DNA of 29,615 nt from positions 1-29,615 of the IMG/VR virus record IMGVR_UViG_3300025018_000432; one strand, given 5' to 3'. The translations under genes and the position numbers were made by a program. This DNA is from a virus. Taxonomy: Duplodnaviria > Caudoviricetes. Below the pieces are notes generated by a model. That model was not told the DNA's origin. It did not search any database and worked only from the letters and a program-made list of their open reading frames with translations. Below are positions 16,576-24,763 of this stretch, in pieces; within the stretch, counting starts at the first letter, position 1, and the number at the start of each line of letters is the position of its first letter.

Positions 16576-17000
16576 TGAGTAAAGAACCTACGTATCATGT
16601 AAGATATGAAACAAGCACTATGGTTTGGGTGACTTTTGAATTTGAAGGCTTCCATAAATACAAGGATGCTGATGATGAAGTTTCATATCTAAGGAAACGC
16701 CATAGACACATTTTTAAGGTCCGTGCTGAAGTAGAAGTCTTCCATGATGACAGGGAAATTGAATTCATAAGCCTGAAGAATTTCCTGCAGCGGTATTCCA
16801 ATCATGTTAATTTGAATAATAAATCTTGTGAGATGCTGTGTGATATTTTTGCTGATGCTATTATTGAAAAGTATAAATTGGCTGAGCTATATGATACCTT
16901 AGGCAAGAAAACAAGAAGGATTATGATTGAGGTGTCTGAGGATGGCGAAAACGGAGCGTATAAAATTTATCATCCATCTATTATAAAGGAAATGGCATAA
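16575..17000 (+). CDS. QueD-like T-fold protein, DpdL-type (candidate CDG decarboxylase)
   Basis: EGFH, LRKRHRHIF in place of the QueD CxxxHGH motif, DREIEF, KSCE, VSEDGENGA. Confidence 0.65.
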   Translation: MSKEPTYHVRYETSTMVWVTFEFEGFHKYKDADDEVSYLRKRHRHIFKVRAEVEVFHDDREIEFISLKNFLQRYSNHVNLNNKSCEMLCDIFADAIIEKYKLAELYDTLGKKTRRIMIEVSEDGENGAYKIYHPSIIKEMA

Positions 17001-17003
17001 CAT

Positions 17004-17927
17004 ATGAATGATTTTAAAAGTGGAGAAGTTTTTAACACAAAGTTGAATTTTCCTCAGATTTATCAAATTGAATTAACAGAAAAGTGCAATCTAAACTGTC
17101 CTATGTGTATCAATGATCGTATTGAACACAAAATACACGCGGAAAGCACTCTCCTTGACACCGTAGTGAATAACGGATACCTACGCAACACATTGTATAC
17201 GGAACTTCAATTCTCTGGTGAGCCTACATTATCGCCTATTTTAGAGTATGCTATTGATTCTATCCATTCACAGAATACTTTAGTAGGGTTGTCAACTAAT
17301 CTTACCACTATTAATCAGCCTGGTATGATTGAAATTTTAAATAAACTGGACTGCATTACTATTTCCGTTGATTCTTATGATAAAGAAACATATGAGAAAT
17401 CCAGATTCCCTGCGAAATTCAGTGCCTTTAAAGATAATCTTGAAAAGGCAGTATACTTTCTTAGCAATCCGCTGATTCAATTACAATTAATAAAAACAGA
17501 ATGGACTAAGGATTTATTTGAGAAATCCAAAGAAAAGTTGACTGCTGAATATGATTGGTTAAGCAATGTGATTATTCGTGAGGTTGAGGATTGTTTTGTT
17601 GGATATCATGAAAATGGAGAGAAGAAAGTCAATAAACAAATGTGCTTGAATCCTTTTATTGCTGTGAGTATCAAAGCTGATGGTACTGTTGTTCCTTGTT
17701 GTTTTGATTTCTTCAAAAATTTGCCTTTAGGTAATATTCTTAAAGGCGATAATCTACTTGATATTTGGAATGCTGATGATACAGCATTGGATTATTTAAG
17801 AGAAGCCCACAGATTTCAGGAAGGTCTTCCGAATAAATGTAAAGAGTGTTATGCTCGGTCACCAATTACATTTATGAACAATGAGTTGATACCTTCTATT
17901 ATTCGTTATAAATTAGGAAAGGTATGA
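17004..17927 (+). CDS. Radical SAM enzyme with SPASM/twitch domain
   Basis: IELTEKCNLNCPMC, SGEPTL, STN, ISVDS; C-terminal CLNPF...IKADGTVVPCC...LGNI...CKEC. Confidence 0.9.
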   Translation: MNDFKSGEVFNTKLNFPQIYQIELTEKCNLNCPMCINDRIEHKIHAESTLLDTVVNNGYLRNTLYTELQFSGEPTLSPILEYAIDSIHSQNTLVGLSTNLTTINQPGMIEILNKLDCITISVDSYDKETYEKSRFPAKFSAFKDNLEKAVYFLSNPLIQLQLIKTEWTKDLFEKSKEKLTAEYDWLSNVIIREVEDCFVGYHENGEKKVNKQMCLNPFIAVSIKADGTVVPCCFDFFKNLPLGNILKGDNLLDIWNADDTALDYLREAHRFQEGLPNKCKECYARSPITFMNNELIPSIIRYKLGKV

Positions 17928-18808
17928 AAAAAATAATTGCCTGTATAATATCTTACTTTGGTGAAGGAGAAATAAGAGAAAAACGCCTTGAGATGCACTG
18001 GAAGCAATTAGAATGGATAAAGGAGATTCCTATATTTGAAAGCATCAACATTCTTGCTATGGAATATACCGAAGAGGAAATACAGACCTTTAAAGATTTT
18101 GACCCAAGAATAAATCTCATTCATTATGATAAAAAAATGCCTCAAGGCATTGCAAGGAATATTCTCCTTAAGGATAATGTATATAAATCTAATACGGACT
18201 GGTGTCTATTTCTGGATAATGATTCCTCTCTTTACAATCAGCATATGTCAGGAATTAATTTCTTTAAGGAATTATGTGAAACTAACATGGATAAGTTGAA
18301 ACATGTTGACATAATAGTTCCTATTGATCCTGTGCAGGAGCCTTTTACTGCTGAATACATGAAAAATAAAACCACTATAGATAATAATATTGTGCTGAAA
18401 AGTAATCCTGGGTTGAAAACCAGTTTCTTTGTTATGAAGAATTTTTATAAACACCACAGTATCCCGATGTATTTTGATGAACGGTTTATTATGCTTGAGG
18501 ATCTTGAGTTGGCTTGCCAATGTGCCTTCCTGGGGTATGGTGTGTACAAGACAAAGAATATGGTCCTCAAGGAATACGGAAAAGGCCTGAGCACTCTTCC
18601 TTATGATGAAAATGGTGGAAGGAAAGCATTTAATGATTTTTGGGCTCTTGAGATATACAACAAATGGAAAGCTTCTGGCATGACAATCAAGGATGGCAAA
18701 GCTGAGCCTATAAAATTCATACGAAAATTCTACACAAGCAGCCAGAAGCCGAAAAAAATCATTATCACGAAAGGAAATAAAAGTACACCTCTGGGTAATT
18801 TCTTTTGA
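17924..18808 (+). CDS. GT-A fold (family 2-like) glycosyltransferase
   Basis: GIARNILL, WCLFLDND (DxD), FDERFIMLEDLEL; ATGA overlap with the radical SAM gene. Confidence 0.75.
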   Translation: MKKIIACIISYFGEGEIREKRLEMHWKQLEWIKEIPIFESINILAMEYTEEEIQTFKDFDPRINLIHYDKKMPQGIARNILLKDNVYKSNTDWCLFLDNDSSLYNQHMSGINFFKELCETNMDKLKHVDIIVPIDPVQEPFTAEYMKNKTTIDNNIVLKSNPGLKTSFFVMKNFYKHHSIPMYFDERFIMLEDLELACQCAFLGYGVYKTKNMVLKEYGKGLSTLPYDENGGRKAFNDFWALEIYNKWKASGMTIKDGKAEPIKFIRKFYTSSQKPKKIIITKGNKSTPLGNFF

Positions 18809-18833
18809 CAAATAAATGACAATGTTGTATAAT
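18805..18833 (+). promoter_or_regulatory. Sigma70-type promoter
   Basis: TTGACA 18805-18810, 17 bp, TATAAT 18828-18833. Confidence 0.8.
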
Positions 18834-18852
18834 GAAAAGAAAAGGAGAAATT

Positions 18853-19884
18853 ATGAAAATATTTGTGGTTGATATTGAGAATGTCCCTACAAGATACACA
18901 GCACAATGGAAGAAATGGTACCCAGAATTTTTCAACATGGAAGGGTACGAATTTCAATGGATTGGGTATGATGATGTATGTATTGCTAAGAAGGATGAAT
19001 TCTTGTCCTTCATTCCTTCTAATAGATATAAAGCTAAACAGACACAGGAACTGGCTAATCTACTTGATAATGGATTAATCAATGAAGGAGATATGATTCT
19101 ATTTCTTGATGCATGGCACCCAGGGATTATTAGTGTCAGGCAAATGCTTCTGTCATATGATAAAAATGTTAAACTGGCTGGCTTCTGGCATGCGGGTTCT
19201 TGGGATCCTCATGATATGCTAGGCAGAAATACCAGATACTTTATTGATTTTGAAGCTGCTGTTCACAATTGCTTGGATTATAATTTATTTGCTACTAATT
19301 TCTCAAGTGATTTATTTATTATCCAGATGTCAATTTATAATCATCTGGTTGATATCAAGAAAAATCATATCGTAGGTTTCCTTTATGACATTCATCATTT
19401 GAGCTCAAACATACACAAGAAGAAACAAATTCTTTTTCCCCATAGGATTGCTCCTGAGAAATGTCCTTACATGTTTGATGAGTTGGAGAGGTATTGTGAA
19501 AACACAGGTCGATTGCAAAATTTCTCATTCATCAAAACTATGGATGCAACCAAAAATAAAGCTGAGTATCATACACTTCTTGCTGAATCAAAATATGCTG
19601 TGTCCTTTGCAAAGCAGGAAACATTTGGTATCTCAATGATGGAGGCAGCTTTCTCAGGGTGCGTACCAATAGTGCCTAATTGTCTGTCCTATGTAGAATT
19701 ATATCTTGATGATCTGCGATATGATCATATGCAAATATCAAGGGACACAATTTATGAAGAGATAGTCTCCAAAATAGAGGCTATGGAGCATAGCAAGTAT
19801 CCTATTTTTTCCGCTCAATACAAATTGATGGATTACATCAACGGCTCAAAATTCTCCAATTTTCTTTCAGTAATAAAGGCTTGA
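18853..19884 (+). CDS. GT-B fold (family 4-like) glycosyltransferase
   Basis: FPHRIAPEK and QETFGISMMEAAFSGCVPIVP (E-x7-E signature); FWHAGSWDP; AAGGAG RBS puts the start at 18853. Confidence 0.82.
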   Translation: MKIFVVDIENVPTRYTAQWKKWYPEFFNMEGYEFQWIGYDDVCIAKKDEFLSFIPSNRYKAKQTQELANLLDNGLINEGDMILFLDAWHPGIISVRQMLLSYDKNVKLAGFWHAGSWDPHDMLGRNTRYFIDFEAAVHNCLDYNLFATNFSSDLFIIQMSIYNHLVDIKKNHIVGFLYDIHHLSSNIHKKKQILFPHRIAPEKCPYMFDELERYCENTGRLQNFSFIKTMDATKNKAEYHTLLAESKYAVSFAKQETFGISMMEAAFSGCVPIVPNCLSYVELYLDDLRYDHMQISRDTIYEEIVSKIEAMEHSKYPIFSAQYKLMDYINGSKFSNFLSVIKA

Positions 19885-19922
19885 CAAGACCTCAGGATAA
19901 TGTTATACTCTTTATATAAGAT
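19881..19922 (+). promoter_or_regulatory. Sigma70-type early promoter cassette, extended class
   Basis: TTGACA 19881-19886, 17 bp, TG-T-TATACT 19904-19909, CTTTATATAAGAT. Confidence 0.85.
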
Positions 19923-19950
19923 GAATAATTTTTCACGGAGATCATAACAT

Positions 19951-20598
19951 ATGAAAATAGACCTGGATTATCTGCATTCAAAATTGTCTGAGCTTGAGCA
20001 TGAAATTATTGATGCGCCTCTTTCTCCAAAACAAATATGTAACAGGATCAAAAAGGCATTGACTGATGTGCCCATGAAAATGTATATAGAACGTAAATAC
20101 AATGTTATGTATGATACGATAAGAATAAATGGCTGCAATGATCCTAACAAGAAGCCAGCAATAAGGATTTTTGTTATGTTTCATACTGATCAGGCAACAA
20201 TCAGGCTGAAAGAAGATGATTGGATTGATTTCAAGCACAGATTGGTTGGTGCTATTCTTCATGAACTTAGACATGAAGAACAGAGAAACAAAAGAAGAAG
20301 GAGAGGACAGCGAGAGGTATCATTAAAGGAGATAAAGGAGATAAATAGTACTGTTAAGCTGGACGATGCGATTTACATGGGTGACCCAGATGAAATTGAT
20401 GCCTATGCTTATTATGTGGCTAATCTCTTGCTCTTGAATTTTTCTGCAATCCAGGTCAATGATATTTTTAGTAACATCCGAAGAGCAGGAGAGGAGGATA
20501 TTACGATTAATCGGTATTTACATTTCTTCAAGAATTCCTCCTCAATAAGAAAAAAATTCTTCAAGAAAGTTTATAAATTTTATAATTCTTGTAAATGA
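19951..20598 (+). CDS. Zincin-like metallopeptidase-motif protein
   Basis: ILHELRHEEQ (HExxH) plus downstream YMGDPDEIDAYA. Confidence 0.7.
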   Translation: MKIDLDYLHSKLSELEHEIIDAPLSPKQICNRIKKALTDVPMKMYIERKYNVMYDTIRINGCNDPNKKPAIRIFVMFHTDQATIRLKEDDWIDFKHRLVGAILHELRHEEQRNKRRRRGQREVSLKEIKEINSTVKLDDAIYMGDPDEIDAYAYYVANLLLLNFSAIQVNDIFSNIRRAGEEDITINRYLHFFKNSSSIRKKFFKKVYKFYNSCK

Positions 20599-20604
20599 TA
20601 AATA
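20597..20604 (+). promoter_or_regulatory. T4-type late promoter variant GATAAATA
   Basis: Precedes two probable virion genes; same context as the site at 3567-3574 (minus strand). Confidence 0.55.
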
Positions 20605-20638
20605 ATAGAAACATTCATCATATTACACAGGGATAAAT

Positions 20639-20929
20639 ATGAAAACATTTAAGGAAATGGTAACAGAAGTAAAAGAGGGAGATGCATTATCAATTAGTAT
20701 TGATGATATTAAGCCTTCGAAGGCTGCTATGGCATCTGCCGAGAAAGTAAAAAAATTGCTTGATAAAGGAATGGGAACCGAAGAAGCTATTGATTCAATT
20801 CTTTTTCCTATAGTTAATGGAGTGAAAACCTCTAAGCACTCAACTCCAGGTGGTACAAGCAAACACAGAAGAGATATACTTAATGCCCTAGGCTACAAAT
20901 GGGGACACAAATTCAATAATAAAGTTTAA
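20639..20929 (+). CDS. Small protein, candidate internal head protein
   Basis: N-terminus MKTFKEMVTE resembles the T4 capsid-targeting sequence; late-type promoter upstream. Confidence 0.55.
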   Translation: MKTFKEMVTEVKEGDALSISIDDIKPSKAAMASAEKVKKLLDKGMGTEEAIDSILFPIVNGVKTSKHSTPGGTSKHRRDILNALGYKWGHKFNNKV

Positions 20930-20943
20930 TCAAAGGAATAAAA

Positions 20944-21456
20944 ATGACTACAAGCAGAATTACCCCATCAAAATGGATGTATACAGACGGGACTGACCTT
21001 ACTGAGGATAAAATTATCAAAAAGCCTGGTGGCTTTTATAAAGTAAATAAAAAAGGTCTTCTTGAATTGATTCATTGCCTTTCCACCCTCGGCGATGTTG
21101 CTCCTACTATTCTTTCAGTAACAAATCAAATTGACGGCGATTATGCGCCGTCGGCTGTATTGTCCTTTAGTCTGGTTTTCTCTGAGGTAGTAACTGTTAC
21201 TACAACAGGCGGTACTCCATCTATTCAAGTTTATACTGAAGCGGGAACTTTGATTGATATTCCTTATGCTTCTGGTACTGGTACTGATACCTTAGTATTC
21301 TCTGGCGCAACAACCGGAATTGCTGATGGTACCTTGCTTGTTGATCTAATCATGGACGACAATGGCGGCGATGTTGAAGATTCCGCTGGCAATAATGTTG
21401 ATCCTCGATTCCCTGAAAATTATGTACAGCCTACCATCACAATCACAACTATATAA
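20944..21456 (+). CDS. Ig-like beta-sandwich protein, probable virion surface/decoration protein
   Basis: Thr/Gly-rich FSEVVTVTTTGGTPSI...YASGTGTDTLVF...VEDSAGN pattern typical of bacterial Ig-like repeats. Confidence 0.6.
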   Translation: MTTSRITPSKWMYTDGTDLTEDKIIKKPGGFYKVNKKGLLELIHCLSTLGDVAPTILSVTNQIDGDYAPSAVLSFSLVFSEVVTVTTTGGTPSIQVYTEAGTLIDIPYASGTGTDTLVFSGATTGIADGTLLVDLIMDDNGGDVEDSAGNNVDPRFPENYVQPTITITTI

Positions 21457-21467
21457 TTTTAATTTGA

Positions 21468-21505
21468 GAAAAGTCTTTGTTTATTGTTGACAAAGACTTT
21501 TCCTT
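21468..21505 (+). terminator. Stem-loop terminator overlapping the next -35 box
   Basis: GAAAAGTCTTTGT (21468-21480) / ACAAAGACTTTTC (21490-21502). Confidence 0.7.
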
Positions 21506-21549
21506 ATGTTATACTCTTTATATAAGATGAAAAGAGAGTAATTGAGAGA
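21487..21549 (+). promoter_or_regulatory. Sigma70-type early promoter cassette, extended class
   Basis: TTGACA 21487-21492, 17 bp, TG-T-TATACT 21510-21515, CTTTATATAAGATG...GAGAGTAATTGAGAGA. Confidence 0.85.
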
Positions 21550-21566
21550 AAAATCAATAGGATCAT

Positions 21567-21749
21567 ATGATAGCAACTGAAGAACAGCAAAAACAATTTG
21601 ATGATACAATAAAAGGCATTCTTACTCCTGATATAAGATTAACTCCAAGTACTTGGCTTGATTTGTTTTGTCTAATCTATCAAGCAGAAAAAACAGACAT
21701 TAGTATTGATTCACTTTCAGTCATGACCAAATATAATTATAACTTATAG
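21567..21749 (+). CDS. Hypothetical protein
   Basis: 60-aa ORF with AGGA RBS after the promoter. Confidence 0.55.
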   Translation: MIATEEQQKQFDDTIKGILTPDIRLTPSTWLDLFCLIYQAEKTDISIDSLSVMTKYNYNL

Positions 21750-21759
21750 AAGGACAAAA

Positions 21760-21948
21760 ATGAAAACATTCGATGAATTTGTAAACAATGTAGACGAAAA
21801 AGTAAAAGAAATTCCTTATAAGGATATTCTTCAAAAGATCAAGGATGGTGAATATGAAGCAGACCAAGATGTTGTTAAAGGAAAATTGGTCTCTATGCGA
21901 AAATACAATGGAAAGAAATCAGTGCAATTTATGGTTCGTGTACTTTAG
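21760..21948 (+). CDS. Small protein, candidate internal head protein
   Basis: N-terminus MKTFDEFVNNVDE; AAGGA RBS. Confidence 0.55.
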   Translation: MKTFDEFVNNVDEKVKEIPYKDILQKIKDGEYEADQDVVKGKLVSMRKYNGKKSVQFMVRVL

Positions 21949-22008
21949 CCTGTATAATTACTTGTGGGTCGATATTTTATGCAAGTAATTTAACCAATAG
22001 GCGGGAAC

Positions 22009-22365
22009 GTGATAACAAACGAAAAAGAATTCCAACAGACAGCCAAAGCCTTTTATGATAATTCGGAATGTAATTCCATAGAGGCGTTTGATGATGATAT
22101 AAAGAAGATTGATTTATTAAAAACCCATTTCTTCAGGTATGATTTTAAAGGCACGACAAATTTCCAATTGCTTTTTAACCATTTCATTAGTTTCGTGAAT
22201 TGTTTTGGTATAATGAGCAGGGAATTAATGATGTATAAAACACCAAAGGAGCACCATCTTAAAGTCAATGCCTTGTTTATTCTAATAGGGCAATTGAAAT
22301 TTGATGGGACAACTGAAATTGATGAGGATTTTTTCATAGCATTAAGAAAGACAGTAATGAGGTAA
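22009..22365 (+). CDS. Conserved T4-like phage hypothetical protein
   Basis: YDNSEC...FDDDIKK...LLFNHFISFVNCFG pattern, recalled from T4-like phages; GTG start. Confidence 0.6.
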   Translation: MITNEKEFQQTAKAFYDNSECNSIEAFDDDIKKIDLLKTHFFRYDFKGTTNFQLLFNHFISFVNCFGIMSRELMMYKTPKEHHLKVNALFILIGQLKFDGTTEIDEDFFIALRKTVMR

Positions 22366-22367
22366 AA

Positions 22368-23090
22368 ATGTCACTTAAAGGTACTTTTGGCGCATTCGCA
22401 GTTTATCAATTCATACGAGAATTGACTAAATCATGGGCAGACACCAAAGCATACAAACTCGGCATCATTGATGATAAAGGGAAGCTACTCAAAAAAGCCT
22501 CAGAGCTTAAGACACAAGCGGAAAGAGAAGCCTATACCTTATTTGACCGATTAATATGGAATGTAAAGAGAACATTACAAGCACTACCTGGTGGAGAAAG
22601 TAAAATTAAATCTTATGCTGCTGCTGCATACCTCCTTAAGGAGAATGCTGATGCTGTTTATACTGATATTGTAAATTTATTTGAACACAATGAAAAATCC
22701 CAAATCAAACTAATGCTTGAAGAGATTACTGGACCAGTTAATGTAACTGCTGGTGTTGCTATAAAACAAGAACCACTTAACAAGAAAAAGAAGAAGGAGC
22801 GTAGTATGGAAAAAGAAACAGGGTCCGTAATCCGTTTAAGAACAAAGATTGCAGAAGCTAAACTACTTAAGAGAGTAGTGCGACAAGGCGTTGTGAAAAA
22901 GAAAGCAACTTGCCCTATTGGACAAATCCTTAAGGATGGCCGATGTGTTCCTGAAACATCAAGAGATAAGCAAAGATTTGTTAAGGCAGCCAAAATCCGC
23001 AAACGATCAATGGCTGGTAAATCACTTTCTGGCGCTTTGAGAAAAAGAGCAAGATCCTTGAGAAAAAGAACTTCTACTGGGTTGGTGTAA
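22368..23090 (+). CDS. Conserved T4-like protein with a C-terminal basic prohead-core (gp68)-like region
   Basis: AYKLGIIDDKG...YTLFDRLIWNVKR...YAAAAYLLKE N-domain; Arg/Lys-rich C-terminus ending RKRARSLRKRTSTGLV. Confidence 0.6.
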   Translation: MSLKGTFGAFAVYQFIRELTKSWADTKAYKLGIIDDKGKLLKKASELKTQAEREAYTLFDRLIWNVKRTLQALPGGESKIKSYAAAAYLLKENADAVYTDIVNLFEHNEKSQIKLMLEEITGPVNVTAGVAIKQEPLNKKKKKERSMEKETGSVIRLRTKIAEAKLLKRVVRQGVVKKKATCPIGQILKDGRCVPETSRDKQRFVKAAKIRKRSMAGKSLSGALRKRARSLRKRTSTGLV

Positions 23091-23098
23091 AATAGTTC

Positions 23099-23127
23099 TT
23101 GACATTGATAGTACCTTATAGTATAAT
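23099..23127 (+). promoter_or_regulatory. Sigma70-type promoter
   Basis: TTGACA 23099-23104, 17 bp, TATAAT 23122-23127; GGAGG RBS before TTG 23176. Confidence 0.82.
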
Positions 23128-23175
23128 GTTATTATAAGAATTTGAAGCATAAAATTTAAAGTTACGGAGGCAACT

Positions 23176-23646
23176 TTGAAATCACAACATGAATCAACAC
23201 CAAAAAGAAATTATGGTGTGAAGGTCCATATTTTCACTGAGCAATATCCTATGAAAAGTGGAATGAATGCAACTTGCTATTCAGCAATCAATAAGGAGGA
23301 TATTCTGCATTCCGAAAGATGTGTGTGCGGAAATCCTTATGATTGTAGATGTAAAAATATTGTGCCAGATTATCTTCCTGCTGCTGATACAATGCCTAAT
23401 TCTTTATTCAAACATCCTCGCCCTATGCTTATGTTCACTATGCAAAGAGGTGGCGATATCAAAACAAGATTTTCCTTTTTCTGTAAACTAAAAAAAGAAG
23501 CTGTTGAAGAAATAAAAAGATTGAATTCCTATATTCCTCATGCCATTATGAAATGGAATTGTGTTGAAGAGGAAAAATATAATTCTGCGGCGCTTTCCGA
23601 TTATCAATATTTTCTAATGAACGAAACGAATTCAAACTTTGCTTAA
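23176..23646 (+). CDS. Hypothetical Cys-containing protein
   Basis: 156-aa ORF, GGAGG RBS, CVCGNPYDCRC cluster. Confidence 0.65.
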   Translation: MKSQHESTPKRNYGVKVHIFTEQYPMKSGMNATCYSAINKEDILHSERCVCGNPYDCRCKNIVPDYLPAADTMPNSLFKHPRPMLMFTMQRGGDIKTRFSFFCKLKKEAVEEIKRLNSYIPHAIMKWNCVEEEKYNSAALSDYQYFLMNETNSNFA

Positions 23647-23656
23647 TGGGTAGGTT

Positions 23657-24682
23657 GTGGATTATCTTGCAAGAGACAGATTTTTTATAAATCGCCTTTC
23701 TTATAGATTGAATCTAACTAAGAAAAAAGATGATCTATGGAATACCAGGTGCCCTATCTGTGGCGACAGTAAGACCTCTAAAACTAAAAAAAGATTCTTT
23801 ATTTACATTAAGGAAGGTAGAGCTACTACTGTATGCCACAACTGCGAATGGTTTGGATCAATCGAGGATTTTATCAAACAACAATTCCCAGATTTACTTG
23901 ATGAATATAAGTTCTGGGGATTCTCTCCTAAAAAACAATCTCTTGCTAATGAAACACTGAAAGCTCTTGAAGCAATGCCTATTGAGGAAATCAAAGAGAG
24001 CAAACCTTTGTTCATTAGCAAGGGAGAGTTCTTTTCTTTGACTGCTGATATTGCTTTATTATCTAATGAACATCCAGCAAAGAAATATACCATACATCGG
24101 CAGATTCCATTTAATTTGGTGCGATATCATAAAAACTTCTATCAATTAACTACGGAAATACACCCTGACGATGTTTTCAAGAAATATGCGATACCATGTT
24201 TGCTCATTCCTTTTTATCGCATAGACGACAAAATAGAGATTATTCAGGCACGGTTCTTTGATCCAAAAGTGAAGCCTAAATATATTACATTGAAATTAAA
24301 TCCTGATGCTCCAAAAATCTATAACAAGGACTTTGTAGATGTAAACAAACCGATTTATATTCTGGAAGGTCCTATTGATTCTATGAGTGTTAACAATTCA
24401 ATTGCTCTTGGTGGGTCTGATGGTTCAATTGATTATCCCGATAGGATATGGTGTTGGGATAATGAACCTGATAATCAACAGATAAATGCTAAACTGCTCA
24501 AGAAAATTAAAGCTGGAGAGAAGGTAATCATCTGGAGAAAAACTGATGCGTATAAAGATATCAATGAAGCCATTGTCGGCGGCCATGTGGAGAAAAAGGA
24601 CGTGGAAAAATTGCTTAAGGAAAGAACCTTCAGTGGGCTAAAAGCCCAATTAGAATTCACAAAATACACAAAAAACTGTTGA
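23657..24682 (+). CDS. 61: gp61-like DNA primase
   Basis: Zinc ribbon RCPICGDS...CHNC, IQAR, KYIT, Toprim YILEGPIDS, WDNEP, KDINE. Confidence 0.92.
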   Translation: MDYLARDRFFINRLSYRLNLTKKKDDLWNTRCPICGDSKTSKTKKRFFIYIKEGRATTVCHNCEWFGSIEDFIKQQFPDLLDEYKFWGFSPKKQSLANETLKALEAMPIEEIKESKPLFISKGEFFSLTADIALLSNEHPAKKYTIHRQIPFNLVRYHKNFYQLTTEIHPDDVFKKYAIPCLLIPFYRIDDKIEIIQARFFDPKVKPKYITLKLNPDAPKIYNKDFVDVNKPIYILEGPIDSMSVNNSIALGGSDGSIDYPDRIWCWDNEPDNQQINAKLLKKIKAGEKVIIWRKTDAYKDINEAIVGGHVEKKDVEKLLKERTFSGLKAQLEFTKYTKNC

Positions 24683-24734
24683 CAAGCCCTTGAGGATTAT
24701 GTTATACTCTTTACACATAAGATTGATTGAGAGA
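24679..24734 (+). promoter_or_regulatory. Sigma70-type early promoter cassette, extended class (variant)
   Basis: TTGACA 24679-24684, 18 bp, TG-T-TATACT 24703-24708, CTTTACACATAAGATTGATTGAGAGA. Confidence 0.8.
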
Positions 24735-24763
24735 AAAATTAAACAGGAGCAAAAGGTGAAATA

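Noticed and set aside
18272-18811. 179-aa minus-strand ORF and the other antisense or overlapping ORFs in the track
   Set aside because: They shadow well-supported plus-strand genes and lack recognisable motifs or RBSs
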